In this document: positions 23,657 to 32,000 of the stretch, piece by piece
Layout of the letters: every line of letters starts with the position of its first letter
Numbering within the stretch: position 1 is the first letter of the stretch
Assembly: GCF_000008565.1 (NCBI RefSeq)
Contig: NC_001263.1
Location: 1,612,649 to 1,644,648 of the forward strand
Source of the DNA: Deinococcus radiodurans R1 = ATCC 13939 = DSM 20539
Lineage (GTDB): Bacteria > Deinococcota > Deinococci > Deinococcales > Deinococcaceae
Direction: 5' to 3'
Length of the DNA stretch: 32,000 nt
Made by a program: the position numbers and the translations under genes
The notes under the pieces: model-generated
The model's input: the letters and a program-made list of their open reading frames with translations, nothing else
Databases searched by the model: none
What the model was told of the DNA's origin: nothing

Positions 23657-24682
23657 ATGGGACGCCCGAATCAAGTGGTCACCTCTTCGCCCCGCCGCGC
23701 CCGGTCACGGCGCCTGCTGGCCCTCGCCGCCTGCGGCACCCTGGCGCTGGGGGGCTTTTCCTTGCCTGCCGCCAGCTTTGTTCCCCCACTCAGCGTGGGA
23801 CAGGCCACCGCGCAGTCGGGCGGCGGCTTCGGCGGCAGCAGTTCGGGCGGCGGAGGCGGGTACTCGGGTGGCGGCGGCTACAGCGGCGGAGGCTATTCCG
23901 GGGGCGGCTACTCGGGCGGCGGATACTCCGGCGGGGGCTACAGCGGCCCCATCATCATCGGCGGGGGCGGCGGCTATTACGGCGGTGGGGGCGGCCTGGG
24001 CATCTTTCCTCTCATCATCTTCGGCCTGGTGATTTTCGGGGTGGTCGGCATGATGCGCCGCAACCTCGGCGGAGGCGGCGCGCGGGGCCTGAGCAGTCTG
24101 GGCAGCAGCGGCACCTCGCAGGCGGTCAGCGTGCAGCTCCTGCTCGCCGAGGGCGATGAGGTCAAGAGCGCCCTGCAACGCATCGCGCAGCAGGGGGACC
24201 CCGACACCAACGCCGGCCTCGCCCGCATGGTGCAGGAAGCCGCGCTGGTGGCGCTACGTCACCCCGAGCGCTGGGTCTACGGCAACGTGGAACGGGCGCA
24301 GGGCTCGGCGAGCGCGGCGGGCAACCAGGTGGGCGCCTGGGCCACCGAGGCCCGCGCCGCTTTTCAGGAGCAGACCACCAGCAACTACCAGAACAACGAC
24401 CCCAACACCGGGTTTCAGCACCGCACCGACTACAGCTACAACAAGGAAGTCGCGGACATGTACCTCGCCGTGACCATCGCCGTCGCCGCGCAGACTCTGG
24501 GTAATTTGCCCCCTGCCGGAGTCACCACCGCTGCCGAAGCCCGCGCCGCGCTGCTCGCCATCAGCGGCGTGACCGAGGGCGACCTGATCCGCGCCGAGGT
24601 CATCTGGAGCCCCGACACCGAGGGTGAATTTCTCAGCGAGGACGAGGCCATCGTGAAATACCCCAAGCTGACCAAGCTGTAA
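23657..24682 (+). CDS. DUF1517-like membrane protein with an N-terminal lipobox-like signal, a (G)GGYSG repeat region and one TM helix
   Basis: LLALAACG lipobox-like. GGGYSG-type repeats at residues 64-97. [22 protein letters not shown]. The C-terminal domain ends ...[26 protein letters not shown], as I recall for DUF1517. Confidence 0.6.
   Translation: MGRPNQVVTSSPRRARSRRLLALAACGTLALGGFSLPAASFVPPLSVGQATAQSGGGFGGSSSGGGGGYSGGGGYSGGGYSGGGYSGGGYSGGGYSGPIIIGGGGGYYGGGGGLGIFPLIIFGLVIFGVVGMMRRNLGGGGARGLSSLGSSGTSQAVSVQLLLAEGDEVKSALQRIAQQGDPDTNAGLARMVQEAALVALRHPERWVYGNVERAQGSASAAGNQVGAWATEARAAFQEQTTSNYQNNDPNTGFQHRTDYSYNKEVADMYLAVTIAVAAQTLGNLPPAGVTTAAEARAALLAISGVTEGDLIRAEVIWSPDTEGEFLSEDEAIVKYPKLTKL
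23846..23947 (+). repeat. In-frame tandem repeats of 15-18 nt encoding (G)GGYSG x6
   Basis: [31 protein letters not shown] read from the translation. The DNA units differ at wobble positions. Confidence 0.85.
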
Positions 24683-24745
24683 CGCAGAGCAGGAAGAAGG
24701 GACGGCCCGCCCTGCGGTGTCCGTCCCTCTTTGCGGCCCGCGGCT

Positions 24746-25327
24746 TCAGCGTCCGGCCTGCACCACGATGCCTTCTTCCTCACTCATCCGCACGATGTTG
24801 GCGAGGGTGTGAATCGGCACGTTCAGGTCGGCGAGGTGCTGGCGTCCGCCTTCGAATTCCTTTTCGATGACGCAGCCGAGGCCGAGCAGGGTCGCGCCGC
24901 TGTCGGCGATGATCTGACTGAGCGAGCGCAGGGTGCCGCCCGAGGCGAGAAAGTCGTCGATGACGACCACGCGGTCCTGCGGCCCCAGGTACTCGGAGCT
25001 GACGAAGAGGTCCACCGTGCCGCCCTTGGTGCGGCTGACCGACTGCGCCGTGTAGACCTGCTCGCTCATGGTCAGCGGCTTTTTCTTGCGGGCGTAGACC
25101 ATCGGCACGCCGAGCTCGGCGGCGGTCATGATGGCCGGGGCAATGCCACTCACCTCGATGGTCAGCACCTTGGTCGGCGCGAGCGGCGCAAAATGCCGGG
25201 CGAACGTCTCCCCCATCTCGCGGGTCAGCGCGGGGTGAAGCTGGTGGTTGACCAATCCGTCTACTTTGAGAAACCCGCCCGGAAGAACCCTGCCTTCGCG
25301 CTTAATCGCCTCGACCAATGACTGCAT
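24746..25327 (-). CDS. xpt: Xanthine phosphoribosyltransferase
   Basis: 193 aa. N-terminus [31 protein letters not shown]-binding loop [20 protein letters not shown] lies 7 nt upstream of the ATG. Confidence 0.9.
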
Positions 25328-25480
25328 ACGGCAAAGTGTAATGGACGCTGGCGGCTCAGTTCGATCGGCTCAGTTCGTCCGGGGGCCGTACTCGTAGACC
25401 GCCTGCCAGGGCTTGTACTGGGTGTCCACCCGGTCGGTGCGCGCGCCCGCCGCGTCCTTGATGGTGCGGGTGATGTAGAG

Positions 25481-25499
25481 CAATGGTTCGTGCAGTTTT
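25481..25499 (+). repeat. Left terminal inverted repeat CAATGGTTCGTGCAGTTTT
   Basis: It is the exact reverse complement of 26784-26802. Confidence 0.95.
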
Positions 25500-25534
25500 G
25501 AGGTCACAAAGAAAGACCCACCGAAAATGGGGCT

Positions 25535-26785
25535 GTGAACACACCGCTTCCAATGGGTCTAATGGCTATCCTACAGTACGTTCTCAGCGCGGTCCCGCTG
25601 CGCAAGACGCAGCGGAATTTTCTGACCGTGCTGCTTAGCGTATTTCTCGCTGTTCCTGGACGGCTGAACGTCCTGAACCTCTCCCGATATGCGGCCTGCT
25701 CAGAGAGTACGATCCGTCGTTGGCTGCACCGAAGTGACCCCGGGGCCATTCCCTGGGGCGCAGTACACCGGGCGACTGTGAGCACGGCGATTGAGAGTGG
25801 GCTGATCAGCCCACTGTGCGTTCTGGCCATCGACGCCTCTTTTCACCGCAAATCTGGTCAGCACACCGCACACCTCGGCTCGTTCTGGAATGGCTGTGCC
25901 GCACGGACCGAACGTGGGATCGAGCAATCCTGCTGTGCCCTGATTGACGTCCAGCACCGACAGGCATTTACGGTCGATGTCCGTCAGACCCGGACCGGGT
26001 CTGAGGCCCCGAGTCGTCTGGAACAGGCCGCTGACCAGCTGGATGACGTGTTGCTTGATCTCCAGACTGTTCCACGGCTTGATCTGGCCGCTGTGGTTGC
26101 GGATGGGAACTATGCGAAAGAATCCATGGTGGAGACCGTGACCGGTCACGGTCTCCCATTCATCTCCAGATTTCCTCGCAACGCCAACCTCAAGTATCTC
26201 TATACCGGCGAGCATCCCAGACGACGCGGACGGCCAAAAAAGTTCGACGGCAAGGTGGATTTCAGCGACTTGCAGCGCTTTGACCTCGTTTCTGAAACGT
26301 CGACCGAGCGGGTGTGGACTCAGGTGGTCTGGAGCGTGCAGTGGGCGCGAGAAGTGCGTGCAGTCGTCATCCAGCAGGTCGGTAAAAAGGGTCAAGTGAC
26401 GGGTTACGCGGTGCTGTTCAGCACCGCTGTGACGATGCCCGCTCATGAGGTCATTGCGCTGTACCGGAGCCGTTTCGAGATTGAACTGATCTTCCGGGAT
26501 GCCAAGCAGTTCCTGGGAGGCCAGGATGTGCAATTGCGGTCACAGCCAGGCATTGAGGCGCATTGGAACGTGGTCTTGCTGACCCTGAACCTCTGTCGCC
26601 TTGAGGCCCTGCGAGCAGCAGAGGGCGGACAGAATCTGGTGTTCAGTCTCGAAGACATGAAACGCAGGGCGTATAACGCCCTGCTGGCCCAAGTGATTTT
26701 GTCCAAGTTGGATCTCTCGGCCCGCTTTGAAGAATTAGAACATCTGCCGTCCAGTCCGCTAAATTTCGGCCTCAAAGCCGCCTAA
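25535..26785 (+). CDS. IS4-family DDE transposase (start uncertain: GTG 25535, ATG 25553 or ATG 25562)
   Basis: DDE contexts LAIDASF, VVADGNY and FEIELIF. The Y(2)R(3)E(6)K signature is readable in LYRSRFEIELIFRDAK. Confidence 0.9.
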   Translation: MNTPLPMGLMAILQYVLSAVPLRKTQRNFLTVLLSVFLAVPGRLNVLNLSRYAACSESTIRRWLHRSDPGAIPWGAVHRATVSTAIESGLISPLCVLAIDASFHRKSGQHTAHLGSFWNGCAARTERGIEQSCCALIDVQHRQAFTVDVRQTRTGSEAPSRLEQAADQLDDVLLDLQTVPRLDLAAVVADGNYAKESMVETVTGHGLPFISRFPRNANLKYLYTGEHPRRRGRPKKFDGKVDFSDLQRFDLVSETSTERVWTQVVWSVQWAREVRAVVIQQVGKKGQVTGYAVLFSTAVTMPAHEVIALYRSRFEIELIFRDAKQFLGGQDVQLRSQPGIEAHWNVVLLTLNLCRLEALRAAEGGQNLVFSLEDMKRRAYNALLAQVILSKLDLSARFEELEHLPSSPLNFGLKAA

Positions 26786-26802
26786 AACTGCACGAACCAT
26801 TG
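26784..26802 (-). repeat. Right terminal inverted repeat (AAAACTGCACGAACCATTG on the + strand)
   Basis: It is the exact reverse complement of 25481-25499. The transposase stop TAA (26783-26785) overlaps it. Confidence 0.95.
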
Positions 26803-28503
26803 GTAGAGGTTGTAGCCGTCCTGCGCCCAGTCCACCTGCTTGCTCGCGCCGGCGGGCAGGTTGGGGTTGAAGACGTACTGCGGCGCCGGGTGCGGCGAGC
26901 GCGAGAGAATGACGGCGGGCGAGACACTCACCGTGCGCTGCGGCTTGGTGCCCCACACCTGGATTTCGAGGCGGCTGGCGTTGTTGTTGTTCACCGTGCG
27001 AATCAGGATGGGCGCCCCGGTGTCGTTTTTCATCTTGAGGTCCACGCCGGGGTCGTACACGGCGGCCTCAAAACCGACTTCCGGCTCGTAGTACTTGACG
27101 CGGTAGGAGTGCTGGTTGCGCTCCACGACGGGCAAACCGGCCTGATACAGCGCCCGGAACGCCGTGGTGCTCACCTGGCATACGCCCCCGCCGAGGCCGT
27201 CCACCGTGCGCCCGCCGCTGATGATCAGCCCACCCACGAAGCCGTTTTCGGGGCTGATGCCGCCGAGCGACTGGAGGAAGCTGAAGTTCTCGCCCGGCGC
27301 GACCACCGTGCCGTCGATCTTGGCCGCCGCGTTGGCGACGTTGGTGCGCCGCTCGGCAGAGCTGCCGTAATACGTGCTGCTGCCGCTGGCAATGAGTTGC
27401 AACTTGGCCGGGCTGGGCAGGTCCGCGAGCTTGATGGCGGGCTGCTGCTGCACCGACGGGAAGGTAATGGTCGTCTTGGTGGGGTCGAGCAGGCCTTTGC
27501 GGAAGGCTTCGAGGCCCTTTTGCGGATCGGTCACGCGGCCCGGCTTTTCGCCGACCTTGCCCCAGACGCCGTCTCGCCAGGCATAACGGGCGTTTTGTGC
27601 GGGCTGGTCGAGCTGGTAGCTCAGGCTCTCGAACGCGCCCTTGAGGGTCTTGTCGTCGAGGACGATGCCCTCGGGCTTGACCCAGTAGAGGTTGGCGACC
27701 TGTAGCGGCCCGAGCGACCCGGCGCGGTCCGAGCCGTCGAGCTTGACGGTCACGCCGCGCATCAACTTGTTGCCGAGTTCGGCGTGCTTGCTCAGCTCGG
27801 CGGCGGTGTACTGGGCGGGCCACTCGGTCAGCGGCACCTTCAGCACCCGCTGCGAGGGGTCGGCGGCGAACGCCTTGGCCGCCGCTTCCGCGTTCGCCTT
27901 GCGGCCCGGCGTGTCGGGGGTCAGCACGGCGTAGCGGCGTGTTTTGGGGTCAAAGCCGACGGTGGCGTTCACCGGCTGCGTCGCCAGATCAGCGGTCAGC
28001 TTGCCGATGGTCGCCTGCGCCACGGCGGGGTCCACCTTCGTCACCAGCGGCACGTCCTGCGCCTTCGGCTGGGTCAGGTTCATCTGGCCCAGCACGCCCA
28101 GCGCCCGCTCGGTCCAGGGGCGGGCGTCACTGAGCTTACGGGCGGCGGCGAGGCTCGCCTGCGGGTCCACCTGGTAGCCCAGCTTGCCTGCGCTGAGGGT
28201 CCAGCTTTTGCCCGTGCCAGTGGCCTGCACTTCAATCTTCGGCTCCTTGGCCTGCGTTTGCTCGCGCACGGCAATGAGGGCCGCGTCGGGGGTCATGCCG
28301 CCCACATCCACGCCGCCCACCCGCAGTCCGGGGGCCAACTTGTCCGCCTGCGCCGACATTCCCAGGGCCAGGGCGCCGCCCAGTAGTCCCACAGCACCCA
28401 GGCCCAGGAGTGCAGTCTTCGTCGCTCGCGTCATCACTCCCTAGTGTATGCAAAAAACGGCTCCAAAGCGAAAAAGTGGACAGGCAAGCGGGACGTTTTG
28501 GTG

Positions 28504-29490
28504 TTACTCGTTCAGGTCTTCCTCGGCGGTGCGCTTGAGCGGATTGTTGCGGGTGATGGGTGTCTCGACCTCCGCGCCCAGTCGGGGCTGGTCACTCTCG
28601 CCGGGACCGGGCAGGAAGCGGTTCGTCAACGCCATCACGTCGGCGGTGAGCTGCGGGGCAAACGCCTGGACATAGCGCGCCATCAGAGCGGGGCCGCCCA
28701 CCATCACCTCGGCGTCGCCGCGCACCAGGGCGTCGGTGATGCGCTGGGCCGCCGTCGCCGCGTCGAGCGAGATGACCGGCAGGTTGTCGATGGTGGCGAA
28801 CAGGGCATATTCCTGCTCGTACTGGCCCTTGACCGTCGCCTGGCGGGGGCTGCCGGTGCGCATCAGTCCTGGGCAGACGGTGGTCACGGTCACGCCGTGC
28901 GCGGCGAGTTCGGAGCGCAGGCCCTGGCCCAGCCCCACCGCCGCGAATTTGCTCATGGAATACGGCACGAGGTGCGGCACCGCCACCTTGCCACCTATCG
29001 AGGTGACGAGCAGCACCCGGCCCTGGCGGCGGCTGAGTTGCGGCAGCAGCGTGCGAACCAGCCGCAGCGGGGCAAAGGCGTGAATCTCCATCACGTCACG
29101 GAAATCCTGTTCGGTCATGTTGGCGAGCGGCCCCGACTGAATCAGGCCCGCACAGTGCAGCAGCACGTCCACGTCGCCGAACGACTGCGCGGCGTCCAGG
29201 ATGTGCTGCCCGGCGCCGGGGTCGGTCACGTCGGCGGCGATGATCTGGACTTCGGCGCCGCGCCCGCGCAGGTCTTCGGCGGCCAGCCGCAGGTCGCGCT
29301 CGGTGCGAGCCACGAGGGTGAGCCGTGCTCCCCGCCCCGCGAGTTCACGCCCCAGCGCGAGGCCCAGGCCGCGTGAACCGCCGGTCAGCAGGACGTGTTT
29401 GCCTTGCAGGTCGTAGCGGGGAACAAAAGCGCGGCGACCCGCGAGGGCGGCGACTCCGGCGGCGAGCAGCAGACGTTTGGGCAGACGCAT
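28504..29490 (-). CDS. Short-chain dehydrogenase/reductase (SDR) with an N-terminal hydrophobic anchor
   Basis: TGGSRGLG cofactor motif and YSMSK catalytic YxxxK. Confidence 0.85.
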   Translation of the reverse strand: MRLPKRLLLAAGVAALAGRRAFVPRYDLQGKHVLLTGGSRGLGLALGRELAGRGARLTLVARTERDLRLAAEDLRGRGAEVQIIAADVTDPGAGQHILDAAQSFGDVDVLLHCAGLIQSGPLANMTEQDFRDVMEIHAFAPLRLVRTLLPQLSRRQGRVLLVTSIGGKVAVPHLVPYSMSKFAAVGLGQGLRSELAAHGVTVTTVCPGLMRTGSPRQATVKGQYEQEYALFATIDNLPVISLDAATAAQRITDALVRGDAEVMVGGPALMARYVQAFAPQLTADVMALTNRFLPGPGESDQPRLGAEVETPITRNNPLKRTAEEDLNE

Positions 29491-29521
29491 ACCTCAGTGT
29501 GGCGCGGCGCAGCCCCCGGCA

Positions 29522-29573
29522 CCGTTTAGAGTGAAGGCACGGTTTAGAGTGGGGGCCGGTTTAGAGTGGGGGC
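29522..29573 (+). promoter_or_regulatory. Three tandem copies of a 17-18-bp unit, each carrying TAGAGT; the last abuts the HIT start codon
   Basis: CCGTTTAGAGTGAAGGCA (29522-29539), CGGTTTAGAGTGGGGGC (29540-29556), CGGTTTAGAGTGGGGGC (29557-29573), then ATG 29574. Confidence 0.7.
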
Positions 29574-29930
29574 ATGGACAAGCCCGGCCCCACGTCGCCC
29601 CAGCCGACCCTGTTCGAGCGCATCATCGCCCGCGAGATTCCCAGTCAGGTGGTCTACGAGGACGACGACTACATCGCCATCAAGGACATTGCGCCCAAAG
29701 CGCCTATTCACCTGCTGGTGATTCCCAAGCGCGTGACCACGCGGGTGGACGAAATCACCGACCCGCTCGAAATGGGCCGGCTGTGGCTCAAGGCCACCGA
29801 AATTGCCCGCGAGCAGGCCCCCGACTACCGCCTGGTCGTCAACTGCGGCGCGGGCGGCGGCCAGATGGTCTTTCACACCCACATTCACATCCTGGCGGGC
29901 TGGGAGGGCGGCCCGGACAGCGACACCTGA
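29574..29930 (+). CDS. HIT (histidine triad) family protein, HinT-like
   Basis: [12 protein letters not shown]..., [14 protein letters not shown], and histidine triad HTHIHIL. Confidence 0.9.
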   Translation: MDKPGPTSPQPTLFERIIAREIPSQVVYEDDDYIAIKDIAPKAPIHLLVIPKRVTTRVDEITDPLEMGRLWLKATEIAREQAPDYRLVVNCGAGGGQMVFHTHIHILAGWEGGPDSDT

Positions 29931-30643
29931 TGCCGGACGCACCATTCGACGCCGTGCTGTTCGACCTCGATGGCGTGCTCGTCGAAAGCGAAGGCATCAT
30001 CGCTCAGGTGTGGCAGAGCGTACTGGCGGAGCGTGGCCTGCACCTCGACCTCACGGAAATCGCCATGTATTTCACCGGGCAGCGCTTCGATGGGGTGCTG
30101 GCGTACCTCGCGCAGCAGCACGACTTTGTGCCTCCGCCAGATTTTCTGGACGTGCTCGAAACCCGCTTCAACGCGGCCATGACCGGCGTGACCGCCATTG
30201 AAGGCGCCGCCGAGACGCTGCGGGCGCTCCGTGCAGCGGGCGTGCCCTTCGCCATCGGCAGCAACAGCGAGCGCGGGCGGCTGCACCTCAAACTGCGGGT
30301 CGCCGGGCTGACCGAACTCGCGGGCGAACACATCTACGACCCCTCGTGGGTGGGCGGGCGGGGCAAGCCGCACCCCGACCTCTACACGTTTGCGGCGCAG
30401 CAACTCGGCATACTGCCGGAGCGCTGCGTGGTCATCGAGGACAGCGTGACCGGCGGCGCGGCGGGGCTGGCGGCGGGCGCGACCCTCTGGGGACTGCTGG
30501 TGCCGGGTCACCCCCATCCCGACGGCGCGGCAGCTCTCTCGCGGCTGGGCGCGGCCCGGGTCCTGACCTCGCACGCCGAGTTGCGGGCGGCCCTGGCCGA
30601 AGCGGGCTTACTCACGCCCGCGCTGACTCCTGACCTTTCCTGA
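29930..30643 (+). CDS. HAD-superfamily hydrolase (beta-phosphoglucomutase/phosphatase-like)
   Basis: The start overlaps the HIT stop (TGATG). Motif I FDLDGVLVESE, motif III/IV KPHPD ... VVIEDSVTG. The upstream part of ORF 29477.. is rejected. Confidence 0.85.
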   Translation: MPDAPFDAVLFDLDGVLVESEGIIAQVWQSVLAERGLHLDLTEIAMYFTGQRFDGVLAYLAQQHDFVPPPDFLDVLETRFNAAMTGVTAIEGAAETLRALRAAGVPFAIGSNSERGRLHLKLRVAGLTELAGEHIYDPSWVGGRGKPHPDLYTFAAQQLGILPERCVVIEDSVTGGAAGLAAGATLWGLLVPGHPHPDGAAALSRLGAARVLTSHAELRAALAEAGLLTPALTPDLS

Positions 30644-30689
30644 AGGCGGGCTTCAGCGCGAGGTCAGCCGCCGGGCCTAAGCTGACCGC

Positions 30690-31787
30690 ATGACGACTGG
30701 ACGTTTGGCAAAGTTCTCGCTGCTCGCCCTCGGCGCGGGGCTGCTCGCCGGGTGCGCCGTGACCGGCCCTGGCAACCTGCGCGTGCACGAGGCGACACTG
30801 TATGGCGCCGGAGCGCAGCGCATCGTGTGGGTGTACGGCGACCTCGGCAGCAATCCGAGCAGTTCGCTCAAGCTCGGGCAGGAAACGGTGACCTTGCGGG
30901 CACAGGTCAGCGACCCGCTCGCCACGCCGGGGTCGCTGAGCGTGAACGGCAAGGCCGCCTACGTGGGCCGCATCGACAACCCAGTGGTGCGCCTGACGCT
31001 GGGGCAAGACGCCGGGGGCCGCTTTACCGTGACGCCGCTGGCGGGCACCCGCGTGCAGTCGGTTTACTACACCGACGGCGCCCGCTGGCAGAAACTGAGC
31101 GCCGCTTCCGGCCTCGCCACCGCCAGCAGCGCGAACGGGCTGCGCGGCGCGGGGCAACTCACCGACGCCGAGGCCGACGCCCTGACCCGCGCCCTGTCGA
31201 ACCAGGGAGTGCTGGCGGTGGCCGTGCTCGACGAGGCGAGTGCGCCCGACGCGCGCCTCAGCGCCGAGCCGACCCCACAGGAGCAGCGCCGCACCGCGCT
31301 CTACGTGTTGAGCAGCTCGCAAATCACCCGCACCACGACCACCAGCACCACTGTGACGCAGACCCAGACCACCACGGGCGGAGGCCAGAGCATGAACACC
31401 GTCAACCTCAGCGAGGTGGCGCGCGGCACCAACGCGAGCGCCGAGAGCCCCAGCGTGATCGTGGCCCGCAACGCCAGCGAAGTCCGCTCGCTCTACGGCG
31501 TCGCCTATGGCCGGCAGACCGGCACCCCGGCCCTCCCCAGCCTGACCTCGGGTGAAGCCCTGGTCGGTCTGTTCATCGGTCAGCGCGGCACGGGCGGCTA
31601 CGGCGTGCGGGCGACCGGCGCAGATGTACAGGGAAACACCCTGAACCTGCGCGTCGAACTGACGGCCCCCGGCGCGGGCAGCATCACCACGCAGGCGATC
31701 ACCAGCCCCTGGGTCATCGTGCGGGTGGGCGGCAACTTCAGCAGTGTGAACGTGACCGACCAGAGCGGGCGGCCTTTTCCGCAGTAA
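30690..31787 (+). CDS. Lipoprotein with a Thr-rich linker and a PrcB_C-like C-terminal domain
   Basis: Lipobox LLAGC. The C-terminal pattern ALVGLFIGQRGTGGYGVRA...LNLRVELTAPGAGSITTQAITSPWVIVRV resembles the PrcB C-terminal domain from recall. Confidence 0.55.
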   Translation: MTTGRLAKFSLLALGAGLLAGCAVTGPGNLRVHEATLYGAGAQRIVWVYGDLGSNPSSSLKLGQETVTLRAQVSDPLATPGSLSVNGKAAYVGRIDNPVVRLTLGQDAGGRFTVTPLAGTRVQSVYYTDGARWQKLSAASGLATASSANGLRGAGQLTDAEADALTRALSNQGVLAVAVLDEASAPDARLSAEPTPQEQRRTALYVLSSSQITRTTTTSTTVTQTQTTTGGGQSMNTVNLSEVARGTNASAESPSVIVARNASEVRSLYGVAYGRQTGTPALPSLTSGEALVGLFIGQRGTGGYGVRATGADVQGNTLNLRVELTAPGAGSITTQAITSPWVIVRVGGNFSSVNVTDQSGRPFPQ

Positions 31788-31807
31788 GGGCAAGCAGCAA
31801 TAAAAAT

Positions 31808-31835
31808 CCCCCGCCACGTAGCGGGGGTTTTCGTT
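31808..31835. terminator. Rho-independent terminator (usable from both sides)
   Basis: AAAAAT CCCCCGC cacgta GCGGGGG TTTTCGTT. Confidence 0.8.
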
Positions 31836-31844
31836 GGGTCAGGC

Positions 31845-32000
31845 TCAGCGGTTGGGCACGAACTCGCGGTCGGCGAAGTCCCTCGCGGCGCGGGTCCGCG
31901 CTCGTCGCGCTCGCGGCTCCAGCGGCCTCCGCCTTCGCCCCGGCCTCCCGAGTTGCCGCCACGGTTGCCGTAGCCGCCGCGTCCGCCGCCGGAGTTGCCG
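31845..32000 (-). CDS. 3' end of a gene running off the window: Gly/Arg-rich (RGG-type) tail, frame ambiguous near the stop
   Basis: Well-adapted codons encode ...GNSGGGRGGYGNRGGNSGGRGEGGGRWSRERDERGPAPR in one frame. The terminal DFADREFVPNR* (stop 31845-31847) is in another frame. RGG tails are typical of DEAD-box helicases and RNA-binding proteins, but no catalytic domain is visible here. Confidence 0.35.
   Translation of the reverse strand, partial: RQLRRRTRRLRQPWRQLGRPGRRRRPLEPRARRARTRAARDFADREFVPNR

Larger units (their letters stand above)
25481..26802 (+). mobile_element. Complete IS4-family insertion sequence, 1322 bp (IS2621/ISDra1-like by recall)
   Basis: 19-bp perfect terminal inverted repeats, flanking 6-bp direct repeats GTAGAG (25475-25480 and 26803-26808), and a single DDE transposase ORF filling the element. 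Confidence 0.95.
25370..28437 (-). pseudogene. VanW/YoaR-family envelope protein gene interrupted near its 3' end by an IS4-family element
   Basis: The upstream part 26803-28437 (TM anchor, VanW motif GGGVCQVSTTAFRALYQAGLPVVERNQHSY) now terminates inside the IS as ...NLYQWFVQF* (stop 26782). A GC3-rich 34-codon remnant ITRTIKDAAGARTDRVDTQYKPWQAVYEYGPRTN* (25370-25474) continues in frame once the IS and one TSD copy are removed. Confidence 0.9.

Noticed and set aside
24696-24730. Possible terminator between DUF1517 and xpt (AAGGGACGG...CCGTCCCT)
   Set aside because: It has only an 8-bp stem with a 15-nt loop and no convincing U-run on either strand, so I did not annotate it as a feature.
25328-25500. 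Possible purine (guanine/xanthine) riboswitch upstream of xpt, as in Firmicutes
   Set aside because: Only 42 nt separate xpt from the upstream stop codon. The sequence beyond that is the GC3-rich coding remnant of the VanW gene. There is no room for, or resemblance to, a ~70-nt three-way-junction aptamer, and a -10-like TACACT sits 7 nt from the ATG, implying a leaderless mRNA.
29522-29573. CRISPR-like array (also considered for the heptamer array at 4767-4828 and the tandem 14-mer at 11863-11890)
   Set aside because: The repeat units are 7-18 bp and directly abutting with no spacers, and there are only 2-4 copies. No cas genes are in the window. These are simple tandem or inverted repeats.

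Overview
GC-rich (about two-thirds G+C, strong GC3 bias) chromosomal segment. Gene content and IS complement point to Deinococcus. From memory, the partial TnpB at the left edge matches ISDra2 TnpB of D. radiodurans. I support about 30 protein genes. These include a pentose-phosphate operon (gnd-zwf-opcA), a secreted M16 peptidase, and a translationally coupled S1 protease / endonuclease-I pair with no visible signal peptides. There is also a VIT metal transporter, an envelope cluster (HGSNAT-like acyltransferase, transglutaminase-like protein, NodB deacetylase), and an OmpR/HisKA two-component pair whose regulator is frameshifted. Further genes are an FAH-DinB-hypothetical operon, a split homoaconitase/IPM-isomerase pair (large and small subunit separated by V4R-like, Roadblock/LC7 and ArsR genes), a DUF1517-like Gly-rich protein, xpt, SDR, HIT, HAD and two lipoproteins. 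Two mobile elements are present. One is the right part of an ISDra2-type IS200/IS605 element (TnpB plus its 3'-embedded omega-RNA) fused into the 3' end of a lipoprotein gene. The other is a complete 1322-bp IS4-family element with 19-bp perfect TIRs and a 6-bp target duplication that interrupts a VanW-family gene, whose reading frame can be rebuilt exactly. Most system-like items: the TnpB/omega-RNA module (now a known RNA-guided nuclease) and the uncharacterised cytoplasmic-looking protease + nuclease operon. I found no rRNA, tRNA or CRISPR array. All calls come from reading the sequence and ORF track, with no searches run. Family names rest on motifs I could see and on recall.
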